Positions 35,023-45,586 are shown, counted from the stretch's first letter. The stretch: 64,000 nucleotides of DNA from Escherichia coli (GCF_003018255.1 NZ_CP027440.1); one strand, 5' to 3'. Translations and numbers: made by a program. The notes: a model not told the origin generated them from the sequence alone.

Positions 35023-36636
35023 ATGAAGCACTCTGTTTCAGTCACGTGTTGTGCGCTGTTGGTCAGCAGCATTTCTCTTTCGTATGCTGCTGAAGTTCCG
35101 AGCGGCACAGTACTGGCAGAGAAGCAGGAGCTGGTGCGCCACATTAAAGATGAGCCTGCGTCGCTGGATCCCGCTAAAGCCGTGGGCCTGCCAGAGATTC
35201 AGGTCATTCGCGATCTGTTTGAAGGACTGGTGAATCAGAACGAGAAAGGGGAGATTGTCCCCGGCGTTGCGACTCAGTGGAAAAGTAATGACAACCGTAT
35301 CTGGACTTTTACCCTGCGCGATAACGCAAAATGGGCGGATGGCACACCGGTAACGGCGCAAGATTTTGTCTACAGCTGGCAACGTCTGGTGGACCCAAAA
35401 ACATTGTCGCCATTTGCATGGTTTGCCGCGCTGGCGGGAATCAACAACGCACAGGCGATTATTGATGGTAAAGCCGCGCCTGACCAGCTTGGCGTCACCG
35501 CAGTTGATGCCCAAACTTTGAAAATCCAGCTTGATAAACCGTTGCCGTGGTTTGTGAATTTAACCGCTAACTTTGCCTTCTTCCCGGTGCAAAAAGCCAA
35601 CGTAGAAAGCAGTAAAGAGTGGACGAAACCCGGAAATCTGATCGGTAATGGCGCTTATGTTCTTAAAGAGCGCGTAGTCAATGAAAAACTGGTCGTGGTA
35701 CCGAATACCCATTATTGGGATAACGCCAAAACGGTGCTGCAAAAAGTGACCTTCCTGCCAATTAATCAGGAATCCGCAGCCACTAAGCGTTATCTCGCGG
35801 GGGATATTGATATCACCGAATCCTTCCCGAAAAATATGTATCAGAAGCTGTTGAAGGATATTCCGGGGCAGGTTTATACGCCGCCACAGCTCGGGACCTA
35901 TTATTATGCGTTTAACACGCAAAAAGGGCCGACGGCCGATCAGCGTGTTCGCCTGGCATTAAGTATGACGATAGATCGCCGCCTGATGACCGAAAAAGTG
36001 TTGGGAACGGGCGAAAAGCCAGCGTGGCATTTTACACCAGATGTTACTGCAGGATTTACGCCGGAACCTTCGCCGTTTGAACAAATGAGTCAGGAAGAAC
36101 TGAATGCGCAGGCAAAAACTTTGTTGAGCGCAGCTGGTTATGGTCCGCAAAAACCGCTGAAGCTGACGCTTTTGTATAACACTTCAGAAAACCATCAAAA
36201 AATTGCGATTGCTGTAGCATCAATGTGGAAAAAGAACCTTGGCGTAGATGTTAAATTGCAAAATCAGGAATGGAAAACCTATATCGATAGCCGTAACACC
36301 GGCAATTTTGATGTTATCCGAGCCTCGTGGGTAGGGGATTATAATGAACCCTCCACTTTCCTGACATTATTAACGTCAACGCATTCAGGAAATATTTCAC
36401 GCTTTAACAATCCGGTATACGACAAAGTACTGGCCCAGGCATCAACGGAAAATACCGTTAAAGCGCGTAATGCCGATTACAATACGGCAGAAAAAATCCT
36501 CATGGAGCAAGCACCGATTGCACCAATTTATCAATATACCAATGGACGATTAATCAAGCCGTGGCTGAAAGGTTATCCCATTAATAACCCGGAAGATGTG
36601 GCGTACAGTCGGACTATGTATATTGTGAAGCATTGA
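35023..36636 (+). CDS. mppA: Murein tripeptide periplasmic binding protein MppA (OppA-like, cluster C SBP)
   Basis: ORF 35002..36636; ATG 35023 with RBS gagggaaa; MKHSVSVTCCALLVSSISLSYAAEV signal peptide; 537 aa. Confidence 0.9.
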   Translation: MKHSVSVTCCALLVSSISLSYAAEVPSGTVLAEKQELVRHIKDEPASLDPAKAVGLPEIQVIRDLFEGLVNQNEKGEIVPGVATQWKSNDNRIWTFTLRDNAKWADGTPVTAQDFVYSWQRLVDPKTLSPFAWFAALAGINNAQAIIDGKAAPDQLGVTAVDAQTLKIQLDKPLPWFVNLTANFAFFPVQKANVESSKEWTKPGNLIGNGAYVLKERVVNEKLVVVPNTHYWDNAKTVLQKVTFLPINQESAATKRYLAGDIDITESFPKNMYQKLLKDIPGQVYTPPQLGTYYYAFNTQKGPTADQRVRLALSMTIDRRLMTEKVLGTGEKPAWHFTPDVTAGFTPEPSPFEQMSQEELNAQAKTLLSAAGYGPQKPLKLTLLYNTSENHQKIAIAVASMWKKNLGVDVKLQNQEWKTYIDSRNTGNFDVIRASWVGDYNEPSTFLTLLTSTHSGNISRFNNPVYDKVLAQASTENTVKARNADYNTAEKILMEQAPIAPIYQYTNGRLIKPWLKGYPINNPEDVAYSRTMYIVKH

Positions 36637-36645
36637 TGTGATGGG

Positions 36646-36678
36646 AACTGGCGTTACCCTTGTGGATAACGCCAGTGA
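36646..36678. terminator. Bidirectional terminator hairpin between convergent mppA and ynaI
   Basis: Inverted repeat ctggcgtta ... taacgccag with a 11-nt loop. Confidence 0.55.
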
Positions 36679-36686
36679 TGTCTGAT

Positions 36687-37718
36687 TTAGCGACCCTGGT
36701 CCGGCGGTGTAATGTTATCCATATACAGCGTCTGGCTGGGGAAGGCAAAGTCCGCGCCGTGTGACTGTACAATATCGATAATCTTCAAATAAACGTCTTG
36801 CTGTGCAGCAAGCCATTCAGCCCATACCGTGGTTTTGGTAAAGCAATAAACCATAATATTCAATGAAGAGTCAGCAAACTGGTTGAAATAAACCAGTAAG
36901 GTTTGTCGCTGGTCGATGGCCGGGTGATTTTTCAGCATCTCACGTACGGCTTCGACAATAACGCCCACTTTTGCCGCATCCTCATAACGTAAACCAATGG
37001 TCGTGGTAATGCGCCGGTTGGTCATTCGTCCTGGGTTTTCTACGCTGATCGACGAAAACAGCGAGTTCGGTACGTACAACGGACGATTATCAAAAGTCGT
37101 AATTTTGGTAATTCGCCAGCCAATTTCCGCTACTGTACCTTCGATATTTCTGTCCGGTGAACGGATCCAGTCGCCAATACTAAAAGGACGGTCGAAATAG
37201 AGCATAATCCCGGAAAAGAAGTTACTCAAAATATCTTTACCGGCCATACCGACAGCCAGACCACCAATACCACCAAAGGTCAACAAGCCAGAAAGGCTCA
37301 TACCGAAATGTTCACCATAAAGCAGAACAAGCACCACAATAATGGTGATTTTGATGATACGCGACATAATCCGCGCACTGGTGATATCGCGACCTTTTTT
37401 AATCTGCTGTTTTTCAAACTGATTTATCAGCAGAAATAGCTTAATCGTCAGAATAACCGCAATCAGGGACGTACAGATAAAATCGATAACGCCTGGGGTG
37501 ATAAATTTGAGTTTATAGTTTTCTATAACATAATTAATGATGCTACCAACAGCACTGATAATTATGGTGTAGATTAAAAATTGCACCGCATGGAATAAAA
37601 ATCCTTTTCTTTTACGATTTCCGCGGCGAAACCAAAAGCTCATCAGAATCAATGCTGCGCAGCTACCGAAAATAATGACCAGATTAAGCGCATTATTTGT
37701 AAACAGTTCAGCGATCAT
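36687..37718 (-). CDS. ynaI: MscS-family mechanosensitive channel YnaI
   Basis: 343-aa ORF with N-terminal TM helices and MscS-like core. Confidence 0.88.
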   Translation of the reverse strand: MIAELFTNNALNLVIIFGSCAALILMSFWFRRGNRKRKGFLFHAVQFLIYTIIISAVGSIINYVIENYKLKFITPGVIDFICTSLIAVILTIKLFLLINQFEKQQIKKGRDITSARIMSRIIKITIIVVLVLLYGEHFGMSLSGLLTFGGIGGLAVGMAGKDILSNFFSGIMLYFDRPFSIGDWIRSPDRNIEGTVAEIGWRITKITTFDNRPLYVPNSLFSSISVENPGRMTNRRITTTIGLRYEDAAKVGVIVEAVREMLKNHPAIDQRQTLLVYFNQFADSSLNIMVYCFTKTTVWAEWLAAQQDVYLKIIDIVQSHGADFAFPSQTLYMDNITPPDQGR

Positions 37719-37961
37719 TGTTTTATCAGGCTCCTCCAGATAATTGTCGTCATGCCGGAAACCCCTGGCGGGGCTATTTTACCGCGACAATTCATTCAGA
37801 TCATCAATAGTCAGGGAAGGAAGTAGCAACATTAGCTAACTAATCAATGCGTTGATTGTAAATCCAGCTAAGAGGTGAGGTTTTCAGAGCAGACAACGGT
37901 GAAATGTCATGGTATTGTTACGTTTAGGTAACAAGAAATTTGTCTGCACAAGGATTACATC

Positions 37962-38219
37962 ATGATTATGGCGAAACTGAAGTCAGCGAAAGGGAAGAAA
38001 TTTCTCTTTGGTTTGTTGGCGGTTTTCATTATTGCGGCGTCGGTTGTGACTCGCGCGACCATCGGCGGCGTGATAGAACAGTACAATATTCCGCTGTCTG
38101 AGTGGACGACATCAATGTATGTGATTCAGTCATCGATGATTTTTGTTTATAGCCTGGTCTTTACTGTGTTGCTGGCAATCCCGTTGGGAATTTATTTCCT
38201 TGGCGGCGAAGAGCAGTAA
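37962..38219 (+). CDS. ynaJ: Small inner membrane protein YnaJ (DUF2534)
   Basis: 85-aa ORF MIMAKLKSAKGKKFLFGLLAVFIIAASVV with two TM helices. Confidence 0.85.
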   Translation: MIMAKLKSAKGKKFLFGLLAVFIIAASVVTRATIGGVIEQYNIPLSEWTTSMYVIQSSMIFVYSLVFTVLLAIPLGIYFLGGEEQ

Positions 38220-38228
38220 GTAAAAAAT

Positions 38229-38250
38229 AGGCCCGATAACTCGGGCCTTG
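38229..38250. terminator. Bidirectional terminator between convergent ynaJ and uspE
   Basis: Hairpin aggcccga-taac-tcgggcct. Confidence 0.6.
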
Positions 38251-38268
38251 TCAGTTATTGAAGAGTCG

Positions 38269-39219
38269 TTAATCGTCTTCTTCGTCATCCAGTTCAACGG
38301 GTGTCTGATACTGGTCAGGTTTAATGACCAGCAGGTCGCAGCGAAGATGATCAATCACCTGTTCCGCCGTGTTACCAAGGAATGCTGCTGAAATACCGGT
38401 GCGTCCGACCGTGCCCAGAACCACAATCCCCGCCTGTAAGTGCTCCGCCAAATCAGGAATCACCTCTTCTGGCAGACCTTTTTCTACGTGCGTCATGTTT
38501 TCATTAATGCCGAATTTCTGCCGCAGGGCTTTCATTGCCAGCAAATGTTGCCCACGAATGGCATCGTTATAAACGCTCGGATCAAATTCCGGCAGTTCAA
38601 TCGCGATATTAATTGGCGTTACCGGATAAGCGCCAACCAGATGAACTTCGGTATGGTTGACTTGTTCCGCCAGTTCGATCGTCTCTTTGACCAGTTTTTC
38701 ATTGAGCGCATTATGATACGGCTCTTCACTGGCGAGATTCACCGCCACCAGCGCCTTACCCCCTTCCGGCCACGGCTGGTCTTTCACCATCCACACGGGG
38801 CTTGGGCATTTGCGTAACAGATGCCAGTCCGTTGGCGTAAAAATCACCGCTTCCAGACGGTCATGTTGGTGCGCCATTTTTAGCACCAAATCGTGCCCGC
38901 CGCTGATCACTTCCTGAATGATGGCTTCGAAAGGACGGTTATGCCAGACCACTTTAATTTCAATGGGAACGCCAGCATTGAGATAATATTTTGCCTGCTC
39001 GTGGATCCAGGCTGTACGCTGGCTGATGACGCCCTGACGCATAGCGGTACGTTCGTCCGGGGAGAGCAGGGTGGTCATTTCGTATGAGAAGTCATAGATC
39101 GGCAAAAAGGCTTTAATTTTGCCACCAATCCGTTGATGTAAATAAACAGCTCGCCGCAATGCTGGTTGGTCGTCCTGGTTAGGATCGATAACAACGAGCA
39201 TGTTCTGATACATAGCCAT
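38269..39219 (-). CDS. uspE: Universal stress protein E (tandem Usp domains)
   Basis: ORF 38269..39246(-); start at [17 protein letters not shown] (ATG rc 39217-39219), 316 aa. Confidence 0.9.
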   Translation of the reverse strand: MAMYQNMLVVIDPNQDDQPALRRAVYLHQRIGGKIKAFLPIYDFSYEMTTLLSPDERTAMRQGVISQRTAWIHEQAKYYLNAGVPIEIKVVWHNRPFEAIIQEVISGGHDLVLKMAHQHDRLEAVIFTPTDWHLLRKCPSPVWMVKDQPWPEGGKALVAVNLASEEPYHNALNEKLVKETIELAEQVNHTEVHLVGAYPVTPINIAIELPEFDPSVYNDAIRGQHLLAMKALRQKFGINENMTHVEKGLPEEVIPDLAEHLQAGIVVLGTVGRTGISAAFLGNTAEQVIDHLRCDLLVIKPDQYQTPVELDDEEDD

Positions 39220-39370
39220 ACAGGGTCTCCTTACAACAACTGTCAACGCAGTTTGTAATTAAAAGATTAACCCATATCTGGTGAATGAAACAGTGATGAA
39301 CCTTCTGCCAGATCAATAAATCAGAAAAATTTAATGATATGACAGAAGGATAGTGAGTTATGCGGAAAAA

Positions 39371-40123
39371 TCAGGCAACGTTACGCGTATGACCAGCAAG
39401 CTGGGCCAGCGCATCGTTATTTTCGATGGTGATGTATTTACCTTTGACTGCCAGCATACCGCTTTTCTGGAAGCGACCCAGCAGACGGCTGATGGTTTCT
39501 ACCGTCAGGCCCAGATAGTTACCAATATCGCCACGAGTCATCGTCAGGCGGAATTCACGAGGGGAGAAGCCGCGTTGGGCAAAACGACGGGACAGGTTGT
39601 AGATGAATGCAGCCAGACGTTCCTCGGCATTTTTCTTCGACAACAGCAGGATCATGTCCTGATCGCCTTTGATTTCACCGCTCATCAGACGCATCATCTG
39701 CTGACGCAGATTCGGCATTTTACCGGACAAATCGTCCAGCGTTTCGAACGGGATTTCACATACCATCGAGGTTTCCAGCGCCTGCGCGAAGCTCGGGTGA
39801 TGGCCGCTGCCGATGGCGTCAAATCCCACCAGGTCGCCTGCTAAATGGAAACCAGTGATTTGCTCGTCGCCTTGCTCAGTGATGGTATAACTTTTAATCG
39901 TACCGGAGCGGATGGCATAAAGCGATTTAAGTTCATCACCAGCCTTAAACAGCGTCTGGCCTTTCTGAATAGGCTTCTTCCGCTCAATGATATTATCAAG
40001 CTGATCAAGCTCATGTTCGTTGAGTGTGAACGGGATGCAAAGCTGGCTGATGCTGCAATCCTGGCAATGGATAGCACAACCGCCAGACTGAATGCGCCGT
40101 ATAATTCGCTTTTCCGGGATCAT
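39371..40123 (-). CDS. fnr: Global anaerobic regulator FNR (CRP/FNR family, [4Fe-4S])
   Basis: ORF 39371..40180(-); start at [29 protein letters not shown] (ATG rc 40121-40123), 250 aa; N-terminal Cys cluster. Confidence 0.93.
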
Positions 40124-40142
40124 AGGTCTGCTCAAGCCGTAA

Positions 40143-40156
40143 TTGATATTTGTCAA
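40143..40156. promoter_or_regulatory. FNR box in the fnr promoter (autoregulation)
   Basis: TTGAT-ATTT-GTCAA, one mismatch from the FNR consensus TTGAT-N4-ATCAA, 20 bp upstream of the fnr start codon. Confidence 0.65.
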
Positions 40157-40317
40157 TTTTAACATCTTTTTAGGGAGCAAGTAAGTCTAAGCAAACCTTA
40201 ACAGCAGAGAATTCCGATATTAGATGTAAATATATGTCTATCTATTTGAAAACCCTTAAGTTGTTAAGGGTAACTTTACATAAAAGTGTGAACAAGCTGG
40301 CACAAATTGTTTAATGT

Positions 40318-40833
40318 TTACAGCAAAAGATAACCTTCGTGGCGCAATAACCACTCTTTTCGCTGAACTCCGCCTGCATATCCGGTCATGGTGCCGTTTC
40401 GGCCAATAACCCGATGGCAAGGTACAACAATGCTGATGGGATTCGATCCGTTAGCCGCACCAACGGCACGCGCCGCGCCTGGGCGGCCTAATTGTTCAGC
40501 CAGTTGGCCATAATGCATTACCTGCCCGCAGGGGATAGTGCGCAGTGTTTTCCAGACTTCGCGCTGAAATGGCGTCCCCCCCGTGGCAGTGGGAAGCGTA
40601 TCAATAATGCTAAGATTACCGGCAAAATATTCACGAAGCTTGTCGCTTAAACCACCTGGGTTGGTGGCAGAAATGCGCTCATAGCCTTCTTTGCGATAAT
40701 GGATGTCCAGCAGCTGCACCATGCGTTCGCTGTACTCTTCCCATTCAACCGCCCGCAGGCGAAATTGCTCATCGCAAATCACCCACAGTGGACCCAGTGG
40801 CGTGGCAATTTTTTCTTCAAGTAATCTCAGCAT
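40318..40833 (-). CDS. ogt: Methylated-DNA--protein-cysteine methyltransferase
   Basis: 171-aa ORF with active-site motif VPCHRVIG. Confidence 0.92.
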
Positions 40834-40843
40834 CCGTTCTCTC

Positions 40844-41047
40844 TTAAGACAAACGTGGGTAAATACCCGGACCTATCGGCAGACCGACAAGATACCACGC
40901 CAGCAACATCAGCAGCCATACCACCAAAAAGATAAGCGGATAGGGCAAGACTAACGAATAGTAAGTACCCAGTTTCGCGTCTGGTTTGTCGCAGTCTGAT
41001 AGCATAAAGCGATTTTTTGATTTTTCTGCCTGAAGAAATGAGGGCAA
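40844..41047 (-). pseudogene. abgT: Probable 3' remnant of abgT (p-aminobenzoyl-glutamate transporter), last about 67 codons
   Basis: Hydrophobic TM-like 67-aa ORF ending 10 bp upstream of the ogt start, in the position and orientation of the K-12 abgT 3' end; no room for a full abgT upstream because mcaS follows at 41211. Confidence 0.4.
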
Positions 41048-41210
41048 GCCATCACATGGATCGAGGGTGGGATAATTCCAGTCAGCGAAATTTTACCGTA
41101 GGCTATCTGTTATTTGATTCTGTGGCGTGATAGCCGCCAGACACCACTGATCTCGTCACTCATTCCCCAATCCCGGCGAGAATGTGGTTATTTACAGAGC
41201 TAAAAAATGA

Positions 41211-41306
41211 ATAAAAAAATAGAGCCTGTCGACATCCGCCAGACTCTACAGTACACACAGCAGTGCATCCTCGTCTTAAATCCGGCCTGGGGTCCTGGTG
41301 ACCGGT
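41211..41306 (-). ncRNA. mcaS: McaS (IsrA) small regulatory RNA
   Basis: Minus-strand sequence ACCGGTCACCAGGACCCCAGGCCGGATTTAAGACGAGGATGCACTGCTGTGTGTACTGTAGAGTCTGGCGGATGTCGACAGGCTCTATTTTTTTAT matches recalled McaS, including GGA motifs and a terminator hairpin with U-tract. Confidence 0.8.
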
Positions 41307-41376
41307 GACAGTGTTATAACGGTTTTACCCATCCGTTGCCAATTTTCTTCAGTGACAGATTTCACGAAAATATAAG

Positions 41377-42192
41377 TTAAATCATTTGCCTTGTGATTGC
41401 ATAATCATGCATCGTTAATCGACGAGTAAATTTACCGGGCGAGTAGCCCGTTCGACGCTTAAACATATTGCCGAACGATTCAGCTGAGGCATAGCCCAGA
41501 CGATGGGCAATTTTGGTCAACGAATATCCATCATCAAGAAGCGTCACTGCAGAAATAACGTGCATTTGCTGAACCCAGTGGCGAAATGTTAATCCCGTCT
41601 CTTTAACAAATAAGCGCATGAGTGTACGGCTACTGACGTTAATTTTATCCGCTAGATTATCCAGTGTTGGCAGATACCCTTGGTTGTTTAGCAAATTCTC
41701 ACAAAGCTGCTGTAGCCGCTCATCATTTGGCCAAGGGAGTTCAAGTGACATTTTCACCCCCATTTTTATTTCCTGAAGTATCAGTGTCTCGAGGGCTGAA
41801 AAACGTAACTGTTGTTTATCTGTGGTACTTTGCGACGGTGGAAGTTGGTTAATTGCAATTAGTAATTCTCTTAACAGGGGTGAAATACCCGTCATGAAGC
41901 AAACTTTTCCCAGCGTTTCACTTTCCGCTTCTGAAACCAGTACGGTTTTTAAAAGTACGTTGCCTGTCGCAACAAACTTATGCGGCATTTGTGGGGGCAG
42001 CCAAAGCGCGCTGCTGGCATGCACTAGCCAGACGCTTTCTCCAGCCCATAGACGAACGACTCCTTCAGCCGGGTAAAGCAACTGGGCATAGAGATGTTTA
42101 TGCCAGGGAACTGTGCCTCCATTCAGATGTTCCGAATCCAGTCCGATAATGTGATGCCCTGGTGATGCTTTGGGTTGCAGTGTGATTGTCAT
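41377..42192 (-). CDS. AraC/XylS-family transcriptional regulator (cupin-like N-domain + double HTH)
   Basis: 271-aa ORF; C-terminal AraC HTH region (...SRTLMRLFVKETGLTFRHWVQQMHV...LGYASAESFGNMFKRRTGYSPGKF); divergent from the efflux genes. Confidence 0.8.
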   Translation of the reverse strand: MTITLQPKASPGHHIIGLDSEHLNGGTVPWHKHLYAQLLYPAEGVVRLWAGESVWLVHASSALWLPPQMPHKFVATGNVLLKTVLVSEAESETLGKVCFMTGISPLLRELLIAINQLPPSQSTTDKQQLRFSALETLILQEIKMGVKMSLELPWPNDERLQQLCENLLNNQGYLPTLDNLADKINVSSRTLMRLFVKETGLTFRHWVQQMHVISAVTLLDDGYSLTKIAHRLGYASAESFGNMFKRRTGYSPGKFTRRLTMHDYAITRQMI

Positions 42193-42285
42193 TTACAGTA
42201 GGTATTTTGTCAGAAATCATCAAATAAGCCATGTTAAATTTTAAATATGGCGAATGCAAGTTTCCGGATATATACGGTGTAAAGA

Positions 42286-43317
42286 GTGATGATAATTTCT
42301 AAAAAACAGCTTATTGGGGTAGTAGCGATCGGTATTATTTTGGCTGGCGTTGTCTTTTTTATCTGGTGGGTAAGCAAAGGAAGATTTATACAGACGACGG
42401 ATGATGCTTACATTGGTGGTAATATTACCACGGTGGCAAGTAAAGTTTCTGGTTATATTTCTGCTATAGAGGTGCGTGATAATCAGAGCGTAAAAAAAGG
42501 CGATATTATCCTGCGTCTCGATGATCGGGATTATCGTGCAAATGTCGCCAGGCTTGAGGCAAAAATAAAAAGTAGAAAAGCCAATCTCGAAAGCATTCAA
42601 GCCACTATTACGATGCAGCAGTCGATAATTCAAAGTGCCAGTGAAACATGGCAGGCAGTAAAACATGAGGAGCAAAAGCGCCTGCGAGATACTGAACGTT
42701 ATGAAAAACTCGTACAATCAGCGGCAATATCGCAGCAAATTATTGATAACGCCAGGTTTGACTACCAGCAGGTCGCAGCAAAGGAGCGCAAAGCCGCGAA
42801 CGATTTCCTGGTGGAGAAGCAACGGCTGGCAGTTTTATCTGCTCAGGAAGAAAACGTACGTGCGAGTATCGAAGAAGTTCAGGCCGCTTTGACTCAGGCA
42901 CTACTGGATCTGGAATATACCCTTGTTCGTGCGCCGATTGATGGCATTGTCGCAAACCGCAGCGCCCATACAGGCAGTTGGGTGGAAGGCGGCACATCGT
43001 TAGTTTCACTTGTACCAGTCAGTGAGTTGTGGGTTGATGCAAATTATAAAGAAAACCAAATAGCGGGAATGAAGCCAGGAATGAAGGCTGAGATCCGTGC
43101 TGATATTCTCAAAGGGGAAGTGTTTCACGGTCACATTGAAAGCCTTTCCCCAGCGACAGGAGCCAGTTTCAGCTTGATTCCGATAGAAAATGCCACTGGC
43201 AATTTCACCAAAATTGTTCAGCGTGTCCCGGTACGGATTGCATTTGACGACGCAAAGGAATTAAAGCAACTTCTTCGCCCGGGACTGTCCGTCACCGTCA
43301 GTGTCGATGAGAGATGA
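42286..43317 (+). CDS. HlyD-family membrane fusion protein (EmrA-like periplasmic adaptor)
   Basis: 343-aa ORF with N-terminal TM anchor (VAIGIILAGVVFFIWW), coiled coil, and HlyD motifs (GDIILRLDDRDY ... LEYTLVRAPIDGIV). Confidence 0.8.
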   Translation: MMIISKKQLIGVVAIGIILAGVVFFIWWVSKGRFIQTTDDAYIGGNITTVASKVSGYISAIEVRDNQSVKKGDIILRLDDRDYRANVARLEAKIKSRKANLESIQATITMQQSIIQSASETWQAVKHEEQKRLRDTERYEKLVQSAAISQQIIDNARFDYQQVAAKERKAANDFLVEKQRLAVLSAQEENVRASIEEVQAALTQALLDLEYTLVRAPIDGIVANRSAHTGSWVEGGTSLVSLVPVSELWVDANYKENQIAGMKPGMKAEIRADILKGEVFHGHIESLSPATGASFSLIPIENATGNFTKIVQRVPVRIAFDDAKELKQLLRPGLSVTVSVDER

Positions 43318-44828
43318 TGTCTATGCGTAAACATATTGCTTTCGCCAGTATGTGTATGGGATTATTTATTGCTCAGCTTGATATTCAAATTGTATCGTCA
43401 TCCCTAAATGAAATAGGTGGTGGTCTGTCCGCAGGTAAAGACGAAATGGCCTGGCTTCAGACCAGCTATTTAATTGCTGAGATTATTGTTATTCCGCTCT
43501 CTGGGTGGCTGTCACGGGTATTTTCCACTCGTTGGCTTTTTACTCTATCCGCGGGAATATTTACTTTAATGAGTATCGCGTGTGGACTTGCATGGAATAT
43601 TCAGATCATGATTTTGTTTCGTGCTTTACAGGGAGCGGCTGGCGCATCCATGATCCCTTTAGTTTTCACGACGGCGTTTATTTATTACCAGGGTAAAGAG
43701 TTGGGGTCGGCTGCTGCGGTAGTCAGTGCGCTGGCCTCACTGTCACCGACGCTAGGGCCAACTCTGGGGGGCTGGATCACTGATAACCTCGACTGGCGAT
43801 GGCTATTTTATATCAATATATTACCTGGCATATATTTAGTTTTGAGTATTCCTTTTCTGGTTAATTTTGATAAACCTGATCTCTCTTTACTGAAAGTTGC
43901 TGATTATCCGAGTATTATCCTGTTGGCCATGACACTGGGATGTCTGGAATATACCCTTGAAGAAGGAGCGCGCTGGGGATGGCTGGATGATAATACTATT
44001 TTGCTGACATCAGTTCTGGCATTGGTGAGTTTTATTTTATTTGCTGCGCGTACACTTACAATATCCAATCCGATAATGGATCTTCATGCTTTTAAGGATA
44101 AAAATTTCACGCTGGGATGTTTTTTTTCTTTTTCTGGAGGGGTTGGGATATTCTCTACTGTATATTTAATACTTGTGTTTTTGGGGCAGGTTCGCGGATT
44201 AAATGCCGAAGAGATAGGTTTTGCCGTTTGCACAACAGGTATTTTCCAGTTATTTTCTGTTCCCTTTTACTTCTGGTTAAGTAAAAAAATAAATCTGCGA
44301 TGGCTGTTGATGGCGGGGCTGGGTGGATTTGTGTTTTCAATGTATCTTTTTACCCCTATAACCCACGAATGGGGATGGCAGGAGTTACTGTTTCCACAGG
44401 CAATTAGAGGGATTTCGCAGCAGTTTGCGATGGCCCCCATCGTAACATTAACGCTGGGGGGAATTCCAAAGGAACGGCTGAAGTTAGCCTCTGGTGTATT
44501 TAATTTAACACGTAATCTTGGGGGCGCGATTGGTATTGCCCTGTGTGGCTCTATTCTCAATAATCGAACTAATTTTCATTTTTCGAGAATGGGTGAAAAA
44601 ATGGTTTCTGTTCCCCATACGGTGAATGACTTCATTTCCAGAAGTGCTTTGTTTTTTAATCGCAGTGGAAGTGACCAGACATCGGAAATACTGGCTTCAA
44701 CCAAATTATTGAGTCAGTTGATGCTGAGGGAGGCGCAAACTATGGCATTTTCGGATACCTTTCTGCTAATCAGTGGTCTGTTATTTATCGCATTTTTGTT
44801 GGTTCCTGCTATGAATAAATCATCCTGA
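43314..44828 (+). CDS. MFS transporter, DHA2 (EmrB/QacA-like, about 14 TMS) drug/metabolite exporter
   Basis: 504-aa polytopic ORF overlapping the HlyD stop by 4 nt; MFS signature region (GWLSRVFSTRW ... LFRALQGAAGASMIP). Confidence 0.8.
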   Translation: MMSMRKHIAFASMCMGLFIAQLDIQIVSSSLNEIGGGLSAGKDEMAWLQTSYLIAEIIVIPLSGWLSRVFSTRWLFTLSAGIFTLMSIACGLAWNIQIMILFRALQGAAGASMIPLVFTTAFIYYQGKELGSAAAVVSALASLSPTLGPTLGGWITDNLDWRWLFYINILPGIYLVLSIPFLVNFDKPDLSLLKVADYPSIILLAMTLGCLEYTLEEGARWGWLDDNTILLTSVLALVSFILFAARTLTISNPIMDLHAFKDKNFTLGCFFSFSGGVGIFSTVYLILVFLGQVRGLNAEEIGFAVCTTGIFQLFSVPFYFWLSKKINLRWLLMAGLGGFVFSMYLFTPITHEWGWQELLFPQAIRGISQQFAMAPIVTLTLGGIPKERLKLASGVFNLTRNLGGAIGIALCGSILNNRTNFHFSRMGEKMVSVPHTVNDFISRSALFFNRSGSDQTSEILASTKLLSQLMLREAQTMAFSDTFLLISGLLFIAFLLVPAMNKSS

Positions 44829-45022
44829 TCGGAGCCTGTGCTGAATTAAACTCGGGCTAAACTGTTCGATACTGCTAACAGGCTAGTATAAAATGCCCCG
44901 CCTGCGCAGATACTCACAGGTATGAAGTAGAGTATTGTTTCAATCTGTGAAGGGAACGATGCAGTAAGAATGAACAATTAACCCGTCTGAATCACGACGT
45001 GTGAAGGTGCATAGGAGGTTAC

Positions 45023-45586
45023 ATGAACCTTGACGACAAATCGCTGTTTCTTGACGCCATGGAAGATGTCCAGCCGCTGAAACGTGCTACAGATGTCCAC
45101 TGGCATCCAACGCGTAACCAACGTGCGCCGCAGCGTATCGACACGCTGCAACTTGATAATTTCCTCACCACCGGATTTCTCGACATCATCCCGCTAAGTC
45201 AGCCGCTGGAGTTTCGGCGGGAAGGGTTGCAACATGGGGTGCTGGATAAGCTGCGCAGTGGTAAATATCCGCAACAGGCGAGCCTGAATCTTTTGCGCCA
45301 GCCGGTGGAAGAGTGCCGCAAAATGATGTTCAGTTTCATTCAACAAGCCATGGCGGATGGTTTGCGTAACGTGCTGATTATTCATGGTAAAGGGCGGGAT
45401 GATAAATCGCATGCCAATATTGTCCGCAGCTATGTGGCGCGCTGGCTGACCGAATTTGATGATGTTCAGGCATATTGCACCGCGCTACCGCATCATGGCG
45501 GCAGCGGGGCGTGTTACGTCGCACTACGTAAAACGGCGCAGGCGAAGCAAGAAAACTGGGAGCGCCACGCTAAGCGCAGCCGTTGA
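45023..45586 (+). CDS. smrA: Smr-domain DNA endonuclease SmrA (YdaL)
   Basis: 187-aa ORF MNLDDKSLFLDAMEDVQPLKRATDVHWHPT; Smr domain (LIIHGKG). Confidence 0.88.
   Translation: MNLDDKSLFLDAMEDVQPLKRATDVHWHPTRNQRAPQRIDTLQLDNFLTTGFLDIIPLSQPLEFRREGLQHGVLDKLRSGKYPQQASLNLLRQPVEECRKMMFSFIQQAMADGLRNVLIIHGKGRDDKSHANIVRSYVARWLTEFDDVQAYCTALPHHGGSGACYVALRKTAQAKQENWERHAKRSR

Noticed and set aside
37842-37857. The ynaJ-upstream palindrome as an FNR binding site
   Set aside because: The half-sites are in the inverted order relative to the FNR consensus TTGAT-N4-ATCAA; kept only as an unassigned palindrome.
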